Shown: one piece after another, positions 40,378 through 49,924 of the stretch | Layout of the letters: every line of letters starts with the position of its first letter | How positions within the stretch are numbered: the stretch's first letter is position 1 | Assembly (NCBI GenBank): GCA_977020255.1 | Contig: CDROCS010000506.1 | Span: 2,728,001-2,792,000, forward strand | Length of the DNA stretch: 64,000 nucleotides | From: Obrimoposthia wandeli | Lineage: Eukaryota | Direction: 5' to 3' | Position numbers and translations under genes: made by a program | The notes under the pieces: model-generated | The model's database searches: none | What the model was told of the DNA's origin: nothing | The model's input: the letters and a program-made list of their open reading frames with translations, nothing else

Positions 40378-41544
40378 TTAACCAAACCAACCAGCAAATA
40401 ATAATTTGAAATAATCAATTAATCGGCTAAACCAGCTACCCAGTTCAACGTCTTCAAGCGCGATTAAATCAGCTTGAGCAATCTCTTCATCATTAAGAAT
40501 ATAGAATACTTTACCAACGATATCGCCTTTCGCAATGGGTGCGCTTAGTTCTTTTTGAATTTCAAAGTTAGCGGTTAAGTTCTTAGCTTGGCCACGTGGT
40601 ACTGTTAGCGTTAATTTGTTTGCTAGACCAAGTTTAACTTGCTCTTGCTCACCCATCCAAACACGTTCTTCAACGATACTTGAGTCTGCTTCATGTAAAG
40701 TCACCGTTTCAAAAAAGCGGAAACCGAAGTTAAGGAGTTTTTTGCTTTCAGCTTTACGAGCATCGCCGCTTTTCGTACCCAGTACAACAGCAACGAGACG
40801 CATGTTATCTTTGGTTGCAGAAGATACTAAGTTAAAACCAGCGCCTGAAGTATGACCGGTTTTAATGCCGTCCACGTTCATGCTTTTATCCCATAACAAG
40901 CCATTGCGGTTGTATTGGGTGATGCCGTTGTAGGTGAATTTCTTTTGCGAGTAAATGCGGTATTCTTCAGGTACATCACGGATTAGTGCTGCCCCTAATG
41001 TCGCCATATCACGCGCTGTCGTGTATTGCTCTTTACTATCTAAGCCGTGGCTATTAGCAAAATGGGTTGAATCCATACCGAGCTGTTTGCTCCATGAATT
41101 CATTAACTGAGCAAATGCGCTTTCTGTGCCAGCGATGTGTTCAGCCATTGCTACGCAAGCATCGTTACCGGATTGCACGATAATGCCTTGGTTCAATTTT
41201 TCTACCGTGATCGTTTTACCGACTTCGATAAACATTTTTGATGAGTCAGGGAAATTTTTAGCCCAGGCATTTTTACTGATGGTTACTTGATCATCTAAGT
41301 TGATATTACCGGCTTTGATTTCTTGACCAATTACATAACTAGTCATCATTTTAGTCAGGCTGGCAGGTTTTAATGATTCGTCAGCATTTTTTTGTGCGAT
41401 CACTTTACCGGAATCAAAATCAACTAATATGAATGCTTTTGCTGCAACGACTGGTGTATCAGGGATGACGCTCGGTGCTGCACTTAATGAGAAACTCGCC
41501 ATTACTAGGCTCGTTAGGATAAGTTTTTTAAATTGATTGGCCAC
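40378..41544 (-). CDS. dacA: D-alanyl-D-alanine carboxypeptidase (PBP5/6)
   Basis: SxxK (ASLTK), SGN and KTG motifs. Confidence 0.93.
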   Translation of the reverse strand: MANQFKKLILTSLVMASFSLSAAPSVIPDTPVVAAKAFILVDFDSGKVIAQKNADESLKPASLTKMMTSYVIGQEIKAGNINLDDQVTISKNAWAKNFPDSSKMFIEVGKTITVEKLNQGIIVQSGNDACVAMAEHIAGTESAFAQLMNSWSKQLGMDSTHFANSHGLDSKEQYTTARDMATLGAALIRDVPEEYRIYSQKKFTYNGITQYNRNGLLWDKSMNVDGIKTGHTSGAGFNLVSSATKDNMRLVAVVLGTKSGDARKAESKKLLNFGFRFFETVTLHEADSSIVEERVWMGEQEQVKLGLANKLTLTVPRGQAKNLTANFEIQKELSAPIAKGDIVGKVFYILNDEEIAQADLIALEDVELGSWFSRLIDYFKLLFAGWFG

Positions 41545-41689
41545 GTTTCACTTCGCTATGATTAAAGTTGTGATTAAGTTACTGATAACTTAAATAAATA
41601 AACTTGAGTAAACGGTTTTTAATCAAGTTTATTCGATAATAACAGCTAGTCTATCAAACTAGCTGAATGGTTGTCTTACTATTTAAAGT

Positions 41690-42481
41690 TTATTTATTAG
41701 ATACAGCTTTGCTGGAAAGTTCCTTCAAAACATAAGCATTTGTATATTGTTGCTTAACTTTAGCTAATAAGCTTTGTGCTTGCGCTGACTCTGAAATCGG
41801 TCCTAGCTGTACTCGATGAAACTTACCACTGATGACTAGGCGGTTTTCGGTACTGTATTTAGTCCCTAAACTGTCGGCAATTTGTTGTGCTTTAGCTTCA
41901 TTACTTGAGGCTAACACTTGAATAAACCACTGCGGTTTTGGGGTAAACAAACTGCTGTTATCGGCCGTCGGAATAATTAATTCAACCCGCACATTCGCAG
42001 TGCCAGATTGTAACATATCTAATTTATACGCTGCCGCATACGATAAATCGATAATGCGTTCTGAATGGAACGGTCCACGATCATTAACGCGTACGATAAC
42101 GGTTTTATCATTACCTAAGTTTGTGACTTTGACAAAGCTGGGCAGTGGTAAATTCTTATGTGCCGCTGACATCGAAAACATATCATAGACTTCACCGTTA
42201 GAGGTGTCGTGGCCATGAAATTTATTGCCGTACCAAGATGCTTTACCTTCTTGGGTTAAGGTTTTAATGTCTCGCCATACTTCATAGTCGATACCACGAA
42301 CCTGATAATCGCGATTGGCAGAACGGCTATAGGTTTGCGGCGTCGGAACTGCATCTGCAATATCATCAAGCTGAGGAATGTTTTCTGGCGCGTGATCGTC
42401 ACTATATTGATAACGCGAAGAGGAACAGGCGGCCAACAGGCCGCAGATACAAAGTAAGGTTAATCGTTGTTTATTGCGCAT
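41690..42481 (-). CDS. rlpA: Septal ring lytic transglycosylase lipoprotein
   Basis: Lipobox LAAC, G.ASWYG, AAHKNLPLPS, VNDRGPF, C-terminal SPOR domain. Confidence 0.95.
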   Translation of the reverse strand: MRNKQRLTLLCICGLLAACSSSRYQYSDDHAPENIPQLDDIADAVPTPQTYSRSANRDYQVRGIDYEVWRDIKTLTQEGKASWYGNKFHGHDTSNGEVYDMFSMSAAHKNLPLPSFVKVTNLGNDKTVIVRVNDRGPFHSERIIDLSYAAAYKLDMLQSGTANVRVELIIPTADNSSLFTPKPQWFIQVLASSNEAKAQQIADSLGTKYSTENRLVISGKFHRVQLGPISESAQAQSLLAKVKQQYTNAYVLKELSSKAVSNK

Positions 42482-43466
42482 GTTTAGCTTGTTTAATTCG
42501 TTCGCTTAATTGGAATACAGCCATCGCGTACAGTGGACTATGGTTGTAGCGCGTGATCGTGTAGAAGTTATTCAGGTAAACCCAGTACTCATCGCTATCA
42601 AGTTGCTGTAGCTTAAGTAACTTGGCCGGACTTGAGTCTTCGATGGTTATTGCTGGTACACGGTCATCGGATTCTTTCAATACCACACCTGCAGCTGTTA
42701 GGTCTGCCCATGTGTGTTTGATTCGTAATGATGAACTCAGTAATGCCTGTGCTTTTTCACTGTCAGCTTTAACTGGATAAGCAACGGATGCACCGGTACT
42801 CCATTTATGCTTGTTAAAGTAGTTCGCAATACTACCAATCGCATCCACAGGATCGTTGATCATATCGACTTTACCGTCACCAGAAAAATCAACACCGTAA
42901 TGGCTATAGCTTGACGAGATAAATTGACCTAAGCCCATCGCGCCCGCATACGAGCCTTTTGTTTCTGTTAGATCCCAGCCTTGTTGCTCACTTAATTTAA
43001 TATATTCAGCAAACTCTTGGCGGAAAAACTTACCACGAGACGGATAATTAAATCCGAGAGTATACAAGGAATCTAATACTGATAGATTACCTTTATATTT
43101 ACCGTAATAGGTTTCAACACCCATGATCGCCACGATCATTTGTGCTGGTACGCCGTATTCTTTTTCAGCCTTGGCAAAAACGTCTTCGTACTGATTCCAG
43201 TATTCGACACCTTTGTTAATTCGGCTTTCGGTAATAAAAATTGGCGCGTATTTATACCAAGGTTTCTTTTCCCAAGGTGTTTTGATTTTGGTTAATACAT
43301 TTTCATCAAATTTTGCTTGGCCGATAGCATCGGTCAGTACTTTTTCTGATAAATCATATTTACTACTTAACTCTGTAACCCAAGTCTGGTGTTCAGTGCT
43401 TAATTCAGCACTATTAGCTTGAAACGCTGCTAGACCTAGCAGAAATAAACTTTTTTTACTTAGCAT
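42471..43466 (-). CDS. mltB: Lytic murein transglycosylase B
   Basis: GVETYYG, GSYAGAMG..QF, DAIGSIANY, ITRYNHS..YAM. Confidence 0.93.
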   Translation of the reverse strand: MLSKKSLFLLGLAAFQANSAELSTEHQTWVTELSSKYDLSEKVLTDAIGQAKFDENVLTKIKTPWEKKPWYKYAPIFITESRINKGVEYWNQYEDVFAKAEKEYGVPAQMIVAIMGVETYYGKYKGNLSVLDSLYTLGFNYPSRGKFFRQEFAEYIKLSEQQGWDLTETKGSYAGAMGLGQFISSSYSHYGVDFSGDGKVDMINDPVDAIGSIANYFNKHKWSTGASVAYPVKADSEKAQALLSSSLRIKHTWADLTAAGVVLKESDDRVPAITIEDSSPAKLLKLQQLDSDEYWVYLNNFYTITRYNHSPLYAMAVFQLSERIKQAKHAQ

Positions 43467-43475
43467 CTGGATTCC

Positions 43476-44576
43476 TCAACTTAAGCGACGGTGTGTTCTT
43501 ACAGACATTAGAATGCCAAATCCGGCCATCAATGTCACCATTGAAGTGCCGCCATAACTAATTAAAGGCAGTGGTACGCCCACTACCGGTAATAATCCAC
43601 TGACCATACCTATATTTACGAACAAATAAATAAAGAATGTCAGGGTAATACTGCCAGCAATGAGACGTTCGAATATACGTTGCCCTTGCAATGCGATAAA
43701 CAAACCGCGGCAGATCACAAATAGATACAGTGATAGTAATAAAATAACACCAAATAAACCGAATTCTTCACTAAATACCGCGAAAATAAAATCGGTGTGA
43801 CGTTCGGGTAAAAAATCCAACTGTGATTGTGTACCTGATAACCAACCCTTGCCCCAGAAACCACCAGAACCAATGGCAATCTTAGATTGAATAATATGAT
43901 AGCCAGAGCCAAGCGGATCTGTTTCGGGATTGAGGAAGGTTAATACCCGTTGTTTTTGATAAGGGCGCATTAAAAAGAACCATAATATCGGTGCAAACCC
44001 AGAGACGAGTCCAAATGCAATCATCACTAAGCGCCATGACATACCGGCCAAGAAGATCACAAATATGCCTGATGTAGCAACCAAGAGTGACGTACCTAAA
44101 TCAGGTTGTTTGGCAATCAATAAGGTCGGGATAAGCACCATGATGACCGCGGTAATGATGGTTCTAAAGCTGGGTGGTATTTGCTGATTACTCATGTAGC
44201 GGGCAACGGCCAATGGCATCACTACTTTCATGATTTCAGATGGTTGGAATTTGGTGAAACCAAGATCAATCCAACGTTGCGCCCCTTTACCTACATGGCC
44301 AAACAGTAATACCGCGACTAATAATAAGGTCCCAATAATAAAAATAGGGAATGCCCAGCGTCGATAGGTCGATGGGGATATTTGTGCCAAGGCAAACATC
44401 ACCGCTAAAGCGAGAACCATTCGAATGCCTTGTCTTTCCATTAGGGCCATATCAGCGCCACCTGCGCTGTAAAGCACGACAAGACTGACACCCATCAGGC
44501 TTAACAGGCCAAATAATAACGGGAAATCGATATGTAATTTATACCAAATACTCTGATTGTGACGACGATCTGGCAT
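43476..44576 (-). CDS. rodA: Peptidoglycan glycosyltransferase RodA
   Basis: GAQRWI, QPSE, QPDLGT, LPERHTDFIF, GVPLPLISYGG. Confidence 0.97.
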   Translation of the reverse strand: MPDRRHNQSIWYKLHIDFPLLFGLLSLMGVSLVVLYSAGGADMALMERQGIRMVLALAVMFALAQISPSTYRRWAFPIFIIGTLLLVAVLLFGHVGKGAQRWIDLGFTKFQPSEIMKVVMPLAVARYMSNQQIPPSFRTIITAVIMVLIPTLLIAKQPDLGTSLLVATSGIFVIFLAGMSWRLVMIAFGLVSGFAPILWFFLMRPYQKQRVLTFLNPETDPLGSGYHIIQSKIAIGSGGFWGKGWLSGTQSQLDFLPERHTDFIFAVFSEEFGLFGVILLLSLYLFVICRGLFIALQGQRIFERLIAGSITLTFFIYLFVNIGMVSGLLPVVGVPLPLISYGGTSMVTLMAGFGILMSVRTHRRLS

Positions 44577-46438
44577 TAATTTTCCTTTTTATTGTCAAAG
44601 TAAACATCAAATAAACGGCGTGCTGAAGGTGCGGCTTGCGAGCTACCACCACCGGCATTTTCTAGAATGATAGTGGCCGAAATTTCCGGTTCTTCAAACG
44701 GAGCGTAAGCGACAAACATGGCATTATCACGTAAGCGTTCGCGAATTTTATTTGCGTCGTATTTTTCTTCACCAAGTTGGTATAGCTGTGCAGTACCTGA
44801 TTTACCTGCTGCGGTATAAGATGCTTTAGCAAACGCGCGACGTGCGGTACCGTTACTGCTTGTCACTACACCGTGCATGCCATCTTTGGCGACTTGCCAG
44901 TTGGCTGGATCTTTTAATTTTAGCGGCGGTAATTCGACCACAGGTTTAAAGATATCACCATTAGTGTATTGGATATCTCTGATCAGTTGTGGAACAGGGC
45001 GTAAGCCTTTACTGGCGACAATTCCCGTTGCTTTGGCTAATTGGATCGGTGTTGCAGACCAATAACCTTGACCAATACCAACGGAAATAGTGTCACCTTG
45101 ATACCAAGGTTCGTTATAACGCGCTCGTTTCCAGTCTCGTGAAGGCAAGATAGCTTTCGTCTCTTCTTTTACATCAATACCGGTATAATCACCGAAGCCA
45201 AATTCAGTCATAAAGCCACTGATTTTATCGATACCGACGTTATAAGCGAGGTTATAAAAGAAGGTGTCAGATGATTGCTCGATGGCAGTATAGACATTGA
45301 TTTTACCGTGTCCCCAACGTTTCCAATCGCGAAAACGACGTTTGGTATTAGGGATCTGGAACCAGCCGCGATCATTAATAATTGTGCTTGGGGTGATCGC
45401 ACCGTCTTCTAGCCCTAGAATGGCCAGTTGTGGTTTTACTGTTGAAGCCGGTGGATAGCGGCCTTGTGTTGCACGGTTAATCAAGGGGCGATCTTTGGAC
45501 TGTAATAGGCGGTTGTAGTTTTTACTGCTAATGCCGTGGACGAATAAATTGGGGTCGTAACTCGGGCTCGACATCATCGCCAGTATTTCACCGGTTTTTG
45601 GTGCCAGCAAGATGATCGCGCCACGACGACCGGCTAATTCTTGTTGCGCTTTAAGCTGTAAGCGAATATCGATATTAAGATATAAGTCATTACCGGGCAC
45701 TGGCGGTGTAATTTTTAGTGTGCGAACTATCTTGCCGCGGTTGTTAACTTCGACTTCTTTAAAGCCGGGTTCGCCATGCAGTGTGTCTTCGTAATAACGT
45801 TCGATACCTTGTTTGCCGATATCATGGGTCGCGGCATAAACTGCGCGTGAACCACTTTTCTCTAAGCGTTTAAGATCATTACTGTTAATTCTGGCTACAT
45901 AACCGAGTGCGTGCGTGAGCGCGTCGCCAAACGGATAATAACGTTTTAGTCGTGCAGTGACCGAAATACCGGGGTAATTATGGCGCTGAACCGAAAATAG
46001 AGCCACTTGGGATTCAGATAAATTGGTTAATATAGGCACTTGTTTAAAGCGACGTTGGCGCTTTAAACGGAGATGGAAATCATCAATGTTATCTTCAGTA
46101 AGATTTAATAGCGTGGTTAATTTGGCAATGGTTGCATCAATATCAGTAAATTTTTCTGGTACCATATCTAAGCTGTAGACAGGTTTATTCTCAGCTAAGA
46201 GAATGCCATTACGGTCATAAATAAGTCCACGATTGGGCGCGATAGGCACTAGCTTTACACGGTTTTCGTTAGATCGGGTTTTGTAAGCTTGATATGAATC
46301 GACTTGTAAGTAATAAAGATTACTTAATAGCAAGCCAATGACGCAGAGGACAAAAATAAATGAGACCACGATACGACTGCTAAATAATGCTGTTTCCGCA
46401 GAATGGTCTCGTAAGGCTATACGCTTCCTTGCCACCAA
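44576..46438 (-). CDS. mrdA: Penicillin-binding protein 2
   Basis: STVK, SSD and KSGT catalytic motifs; N-terminal TM anchor. Confidence 0.96.
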   Translation of the reverse strand: MVARKRIALRDHSAETALFSSRIVVSFIFVLCVIGLLLSNLYYLQVDSYQAYKTRSNENRVKLVPIAPNRGLIYDRNGILLAENKPVYSLDMVPEKFTDIDATIAKLTTLLNLTEDNIDDFHLRLKRQRRFKQVPILTNLSESQVALFSVQRHNYPGISVTARLKRYYPFGDALTHALGYVARINSNDLKRLEKSGSRAVYAATHDIGKQGIERYYEDTLHGEPGFKEVEVNNRGKIVRTLKITPPVPGNDLYLNIDIRLQLKAQQELAGRRGAIILLAPKTGEILAMMSSPSYDPNLFVHGISSKNYNRLLQSKDRPLINRATQGRYPPASTVKPQLAILGLEDGAITPSTIINDRGWFQIPNTKRRFRDWKRWGHGKINVYTAIEQSSDTFFYNLAYNVGIDKISGFMTEFGFGDYTGIDVKEETKAILPSRDWKRARYNEPWYQGDTISVGIGQGYWSATPIQLAKATGIVASKGLRPVPQLIRDIQYTNGDIFKPVVELPPLKLKDPANWQVAKDGMHGVVTSSNGTARRAFAKASYTAAGKSGTAQLYQLGEEKYDANKIRERLRDNAMFVAYAPFEEPEISATIILENAGGGSSQAAPSARRLFDVYFDNKKEN

Positions 46439-46440
46439 TA

Positions 46441-46911
46441 TTACTCTCTATGATAAGGATGGTTTGTTGTTACACTCCAAGCGCGATACAACGCTTCGGC
46501 CACTACTACTCGTACCATCGGATGTGGCAAGGTTAGCGGTGACAATGACCAGCGTTGTTCTGATGCCGCGATGCATTCTGGTGCAAGTCCTTCTGGGCCG
46601 CCAATTAATAGGCTAACGTCTCGACCATCATGCTTCCACTTATCTAGTTCAACGGCTAGTTGTTCAGTAGTCCAAGGTTTGCCGGTAACTTCCAGAGTCA
46701 CGATACGATTACCTTTCGGGATCGCTTGCATCGTTTTTACACCTTCAAGTTCTAAGATCCGCTTGATGTCCGCGTTTTTACCACGCTTACCAGCATTGAT
46801 TTCAAGTAACTCAAAAGGCATATCTTTAGGGAATCGACGTGTATATTCTTTATACCCAGTTTCTACCCATGCAGGCATTTTAGTGCCAACAGCAACTAGC
46901 TGAATCTTCAT
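46441..46911 (-). CDS. rlmH: 23S rRNA pseudouridine-1915 N3-methyltransferase
   Basis: IGGPEGL, LPHPMVR, HPYHRE. Confidence 0.97.
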   Translation of the reverse strand: MKIQLVAVGTKMPAWVETGYKEYTRRFPKDMPFELLEINAGKRGKNADIKRILELEGVKTMQAIPKGNRIVTLEVTGKPWTTEQLAVELDKWKHDGRDVSLLIGGPEGLAPECIAASEQRWSLSPLTLPHPMVRVVVAEALYRAWSVTTNHPYHRE

Positions 46912-46915
46912 TTGA

Positions 46916-47245
46916 CTATGCCCCTACAGACTGCCAAAGTTGTTCTAGCTGGTACGTGTCACGTGTTTGTTGTTGCATGATGTGTACAACTACATCACCC
47001 ATATCAACTAAAACCCATTCACTCTCTTCCGTACCTTCAACGCCCATCACGTATACTTCGTGACTTTTAGCTTCAAGGTAAAGATGATTAGAAATCGACT
47101 TTACGTGTGTTTTTGATGTGCCTGTACATACGATCATGATATCTGTTACAGGTGAATTACCTTTAACATCAAGAATTTGGATGTCGCGGGCTTTCATGTC
47201 TTCAATTTTGTCTAGTACAAATGCTTGCAGTTCAGAAATTTGCAA
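46916..47245 (-). CDS. rsfS: Ribosome silencing factor
   Basis: [35 protein letters not shown] start with a GGAGG RBS. Confidence 0.95.
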   Translation of the reverse strand: MQISELQAFVLDKIEDMKARDIQILDVKGNSPVTDIMIVCTGTSKTHVKSISNHLYLEAKSHEVYVMGVEGTEESEWVLVDMGDVVVHIMQQQTRDTYQLEQLWQSVGA

Positions 47246-47313
47246 GGGTCCTCCAGAGGAACTTTATCGAGTTAACCGCGAATTATAACAGTGAATAATG
47301 TCTAAATATATAC

Positions 47314-47997
47314 CTAGCTTGCTGTTGAGCTAGTATCTGCTGTCGTTTTCGCATACAAATTGTTTTTATGTATATAAGACAACACATTATCGGGTAATAG
47401 ATATTGAGGACTTTGCTGTCTTTCAATTAACTGACGGATCCGTGTCGCCGATATTTCTAACTGTGTGCTGGGCCAGAGTAAAATACGCCCTTGCTTTTGT
47501 TGCTGTAGGACTTCGACATTAGTTGTTTGTACTTGTTCAAATAATTTTTGTACTTCAGGCGCTAACGTTAATGCATAGTTAGGGCGATAACTCACAACAA
47601 GATGACAATAGCTGAGTAGTTCTTGCCAGCGGTGCCAAGTATGTAGGTTATTGAGTGAATCAAGCCCGATTAAAAAGCATACGGGACTGGTTGGATTCTC
47701 AGCGGCAAGCTCAATTAAGGTATCGATGGTATAAGAAGGTGTTGTACGGTTTAACTCACGAGTATCAACCGTTAACTCAGCACAGTTTTCTACTGCTAAT
47801 GAGGTCATCGCCAATCGATGCGCTGCATTTGAGCCTGGCGCCGCACGATGTGGGGGAATGTGATTTGGCATTAATCTGACTTCAGCTAAATTAAGCTGTT
47901 GTAACAGATCTAAGCAAGGACGTAGATGACCATAATGGATCGGATCAAATGTACCGCCTAAAATACCAATCGCACGAGTCGGGATAAAATCAGTCAT
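47314..47997 (-). CDS. nadD: Nicotinate-nucleotide adenylyltransferase
   Basis: GGTFDPIHYGH, IGLDS, ISATRIR. Confidence 0.96.
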   Translation of the reverse strand: MTDFIPTRAIGILGGTFDPIHYGHLRPCLDLLQQLNLAEVRLMPNHIPPHRAAPGSNAAHRLAMTSLAVENCAELTVDTRELNRTTPSYTIDTLIELAAENPTSPVCFLIGLDSLNNLHTWHRWQELLSYCHLVVSYRPNYALTLAPEVQKLFEQVQTTNVEVLQQQKQGRILLWPSTQLEISATRIRQLIERQQSPQYLLPDNVLSYIHKNNLYAKTTADTSSTAS

Positions 47998-49034
47998 TAG
48001 TTAATGTCGGCATGATGAAAGTTGGGTAGCAAAGTCGAGTCAGCAAAACTGATACTCAGCATTTGCAGTGACAGCCAGGGATCAATGCTGGTGCTGGTTT
48101 TTATGGCACTATCAACGCTGGAACAAAGTATTAACATTTGCTCAATTTTACTTAATGATAAACGGCTTAAACAGGCGTTAATAATCTGTTGGCGGCCAGC
48201 CCATAAGCGCTGCTTTTTCATTTCATCGATGACAGACAGGCCTTGCTGTTGCATTAAGCTGTAATGATAAAGCTGATTAATTTCTTTGTTCAACCCCCAG
48301 TTAATGACGATTGGATCGACACCTTCGGCTTGTAATTGTTGCAGGATCCGCTGCCCACGATTTACTTTACCGGCAAGCAGCGCATCAACTAGCTGAAAAC
48401 TACTGAAGTGTGAATGCTGGGTAATTGCTGCCTGCAATTGCGCGAGGGTGAGAGTTTGCCCTGGGTGAAGCAGAGATAATTTATCAATCTCTTGCTTGGC
48501 AGCCAATAAGTTACCTTCAAAGCTACGGCAAAGCAGGGTGATCACATCGGCTTGGGCGTCAAGGTTGGCGCGTTTTAGACGGTGACGCATCCAGTTAGCA
48601 AAAAAGCGGCCTTCGGGATGACCTACGGGAATGAACAGCGCATTCTTGAAGTACTGTAGAAACCATTTCGCGCTTTGCTGGGCTTTGGTTAAGTAAGGAC
48701 CACTGATGATGATAATCAGATCAGGGTTAAGCAGCTTAAACAAATCATTAAGTTGGCTAATGTCTTCTTTTGTCGGTCGTTTGTCAAAAATGAGTTCAAC
48801 AGTTTGACGGCTAGAAAACAGCGACATAGATTGGCAAGCATTAAACACCGCGGGCCAGTCCATGATTGGTTCTGCATGAAATTTATGATGCTCATCAAAG
48901 CCGACTTTTTTAGCGGCTACTTTAATCTGCTCAATAGCCTCCATTTTTAACAATGGTTCTTCACCAAAGATTAAATAGCAGGGCTTTATTTCAGTTTTTA
49001 AGTACTGATCGAGCTGCTCTGGATAAACGCGCAT
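47997..49034 (-). CDS. holA: DNA polymerase III delta subunit
   Basis: YLIFGEEPLL, SLFS, GNLLAAKQEI.KL; synteny. Confidence 0.94.
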   Translation of the reverse strand: MRVYPEQLDQYLKTEIKPCYLIFGEEPLLKMEAIEQIKVAAKKVGFDEHHKFHAEPIMDWPAVFNACQSMSLFSSRQTVELIFDKRPTKEDISQLNDLFKLLNPDLIIIISGPYLTKAQQSAKWFLQYFKNALFIPVGHPEGRFFANWMRHRLKRANLDAQADVITLLCRSFEGNLLAAKQEIDKLSLLHPGQTLTLAQLQAAITQHSHFSSFQLVDALLAGKVNRGQRILQQLQAEGVDPIVINWGLNKEINQLYHYSLMQQQGLSVIDEMKKQRLWAGRQQIINACLSRLSLSKIEQMLILCSSVDSAIKTSTSIDPWLSLQMLSISFADSTLLPNFHHADIN

Positions 49035-49702
49035 TAGTTAGCTTCAAATATGATAGCTGGTGCTTCATCGCTATCGCCAGTTGTCTGTGGATCAATCACA
49101 ACTTGGCTTAGTGTACGAACAACCTGCTGTGCAGCTGCTTCACGTAGTTCTCGCACTAATAATTCAGCTTCACGTGAACGGGCAAGCGCTTCTTGAGAGT
49201 TGTTTAATTGATCACGTTGTAGGGCGATAGTGAAATACTGAGGGTCTTGATTAGGTAAGCGAACTTCCATTTCTAAAACATAGCTAAGTTCATATTCCGC
49301 TGCCGTTGCATCTGAATACAGAGATACTGTGCGTGAACCGGTACTTTCTGACATGATTCTGAGTACAGGTGTTGTTGAGTTTAATAACGCCGGATCCATT
49401 GCGGTTATTTTAGTTTGGGTTGAATCTTCACCCATATCATCAGACGCGTTATCACTTTCAGTGGTTAGTGATTCCGTGCTGGTGACTGTTGGTACCACTA
49501 AATTGATTTGGTTGTAGCGTAATTCTTGTTTGATTAGGCGAGTGAGATCGGAATACTTACTCGATACTAAGGTTAGATTGCGTAATTCAGGGGGAATACC
49601 ACTGCCATCTTTTAAATGGAAGCCGCAGCCGCCAAGCACAGCAGTTACTAAGAAGATGCAAGTTAGTCGAATAAAACGTGGTGTCAGTGCCGATGCGATC
49701 AT
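49034..49702 (-). CDS. lptE: LPS assembly lipoprotein LptE, with a low-complexity insertion
   Basis: Lipobox LGGC followed by GFHLK, AAEYEL, ALA..RE.E.L..E; position between leuS and holA. Confidence 0.88.
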   Translation of the reverse strand: MIASALTPRFIRLTCIFLVTAVLGGCGFHLKDGSGIPPELRNLTLVSSKYSDLTRLIKQELRYNQINLVVPTVTSTESLTTESDNASDDMGEDSTQTKITAMDPALLNSTTPVLRIMSESTGSRTVSLYSDATAAEYELSYVLEMEVRLPNQDPQYFTIALQRDQLNNSQEALARSREAELLVRELREAAAQQVVRTLSQVVIDPQTTGDSDEAPAIIFEAN

Positions 49703-49758
49703 AATGCCTACAAAATAGATAAGTTAATTGCAGCTAATTTTACACGTAATCTAAAAAC

Positions 49759-49807
49759 AAAAAAGCCCTGTATTCTACTATAAAAATAAAAGCAGAATAC
49801 AGGGCTT
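49759..49807 (-). terminator. Intrinsic terminator after leuS
   Basis: 14-bp stem aagccctgtattct / agaatacagggctt with a T run on the minus strand. Confidence 0.75.
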
Positions 49808-49924
49808 ATTATTTGTGGCTAAATTGACGATTAACCGACTAAATACAGCGTTAATAGATTATCAATTAAGGTTGTATTTAGTGGCGATAAGTCGTCTTAG
49901 TCCACGACTTATTTAGTTAGCTAC

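Noticed and set aside
46571-46903. 110-aa plus-strand ORF, and similar antisense ORFs within leuB, cysI, pepD, proA, dacA, mrdA, leuS and thiI
   Set aside because: All lie fully opposite well-conserved genes, as expected from codon bias, with no independent signals
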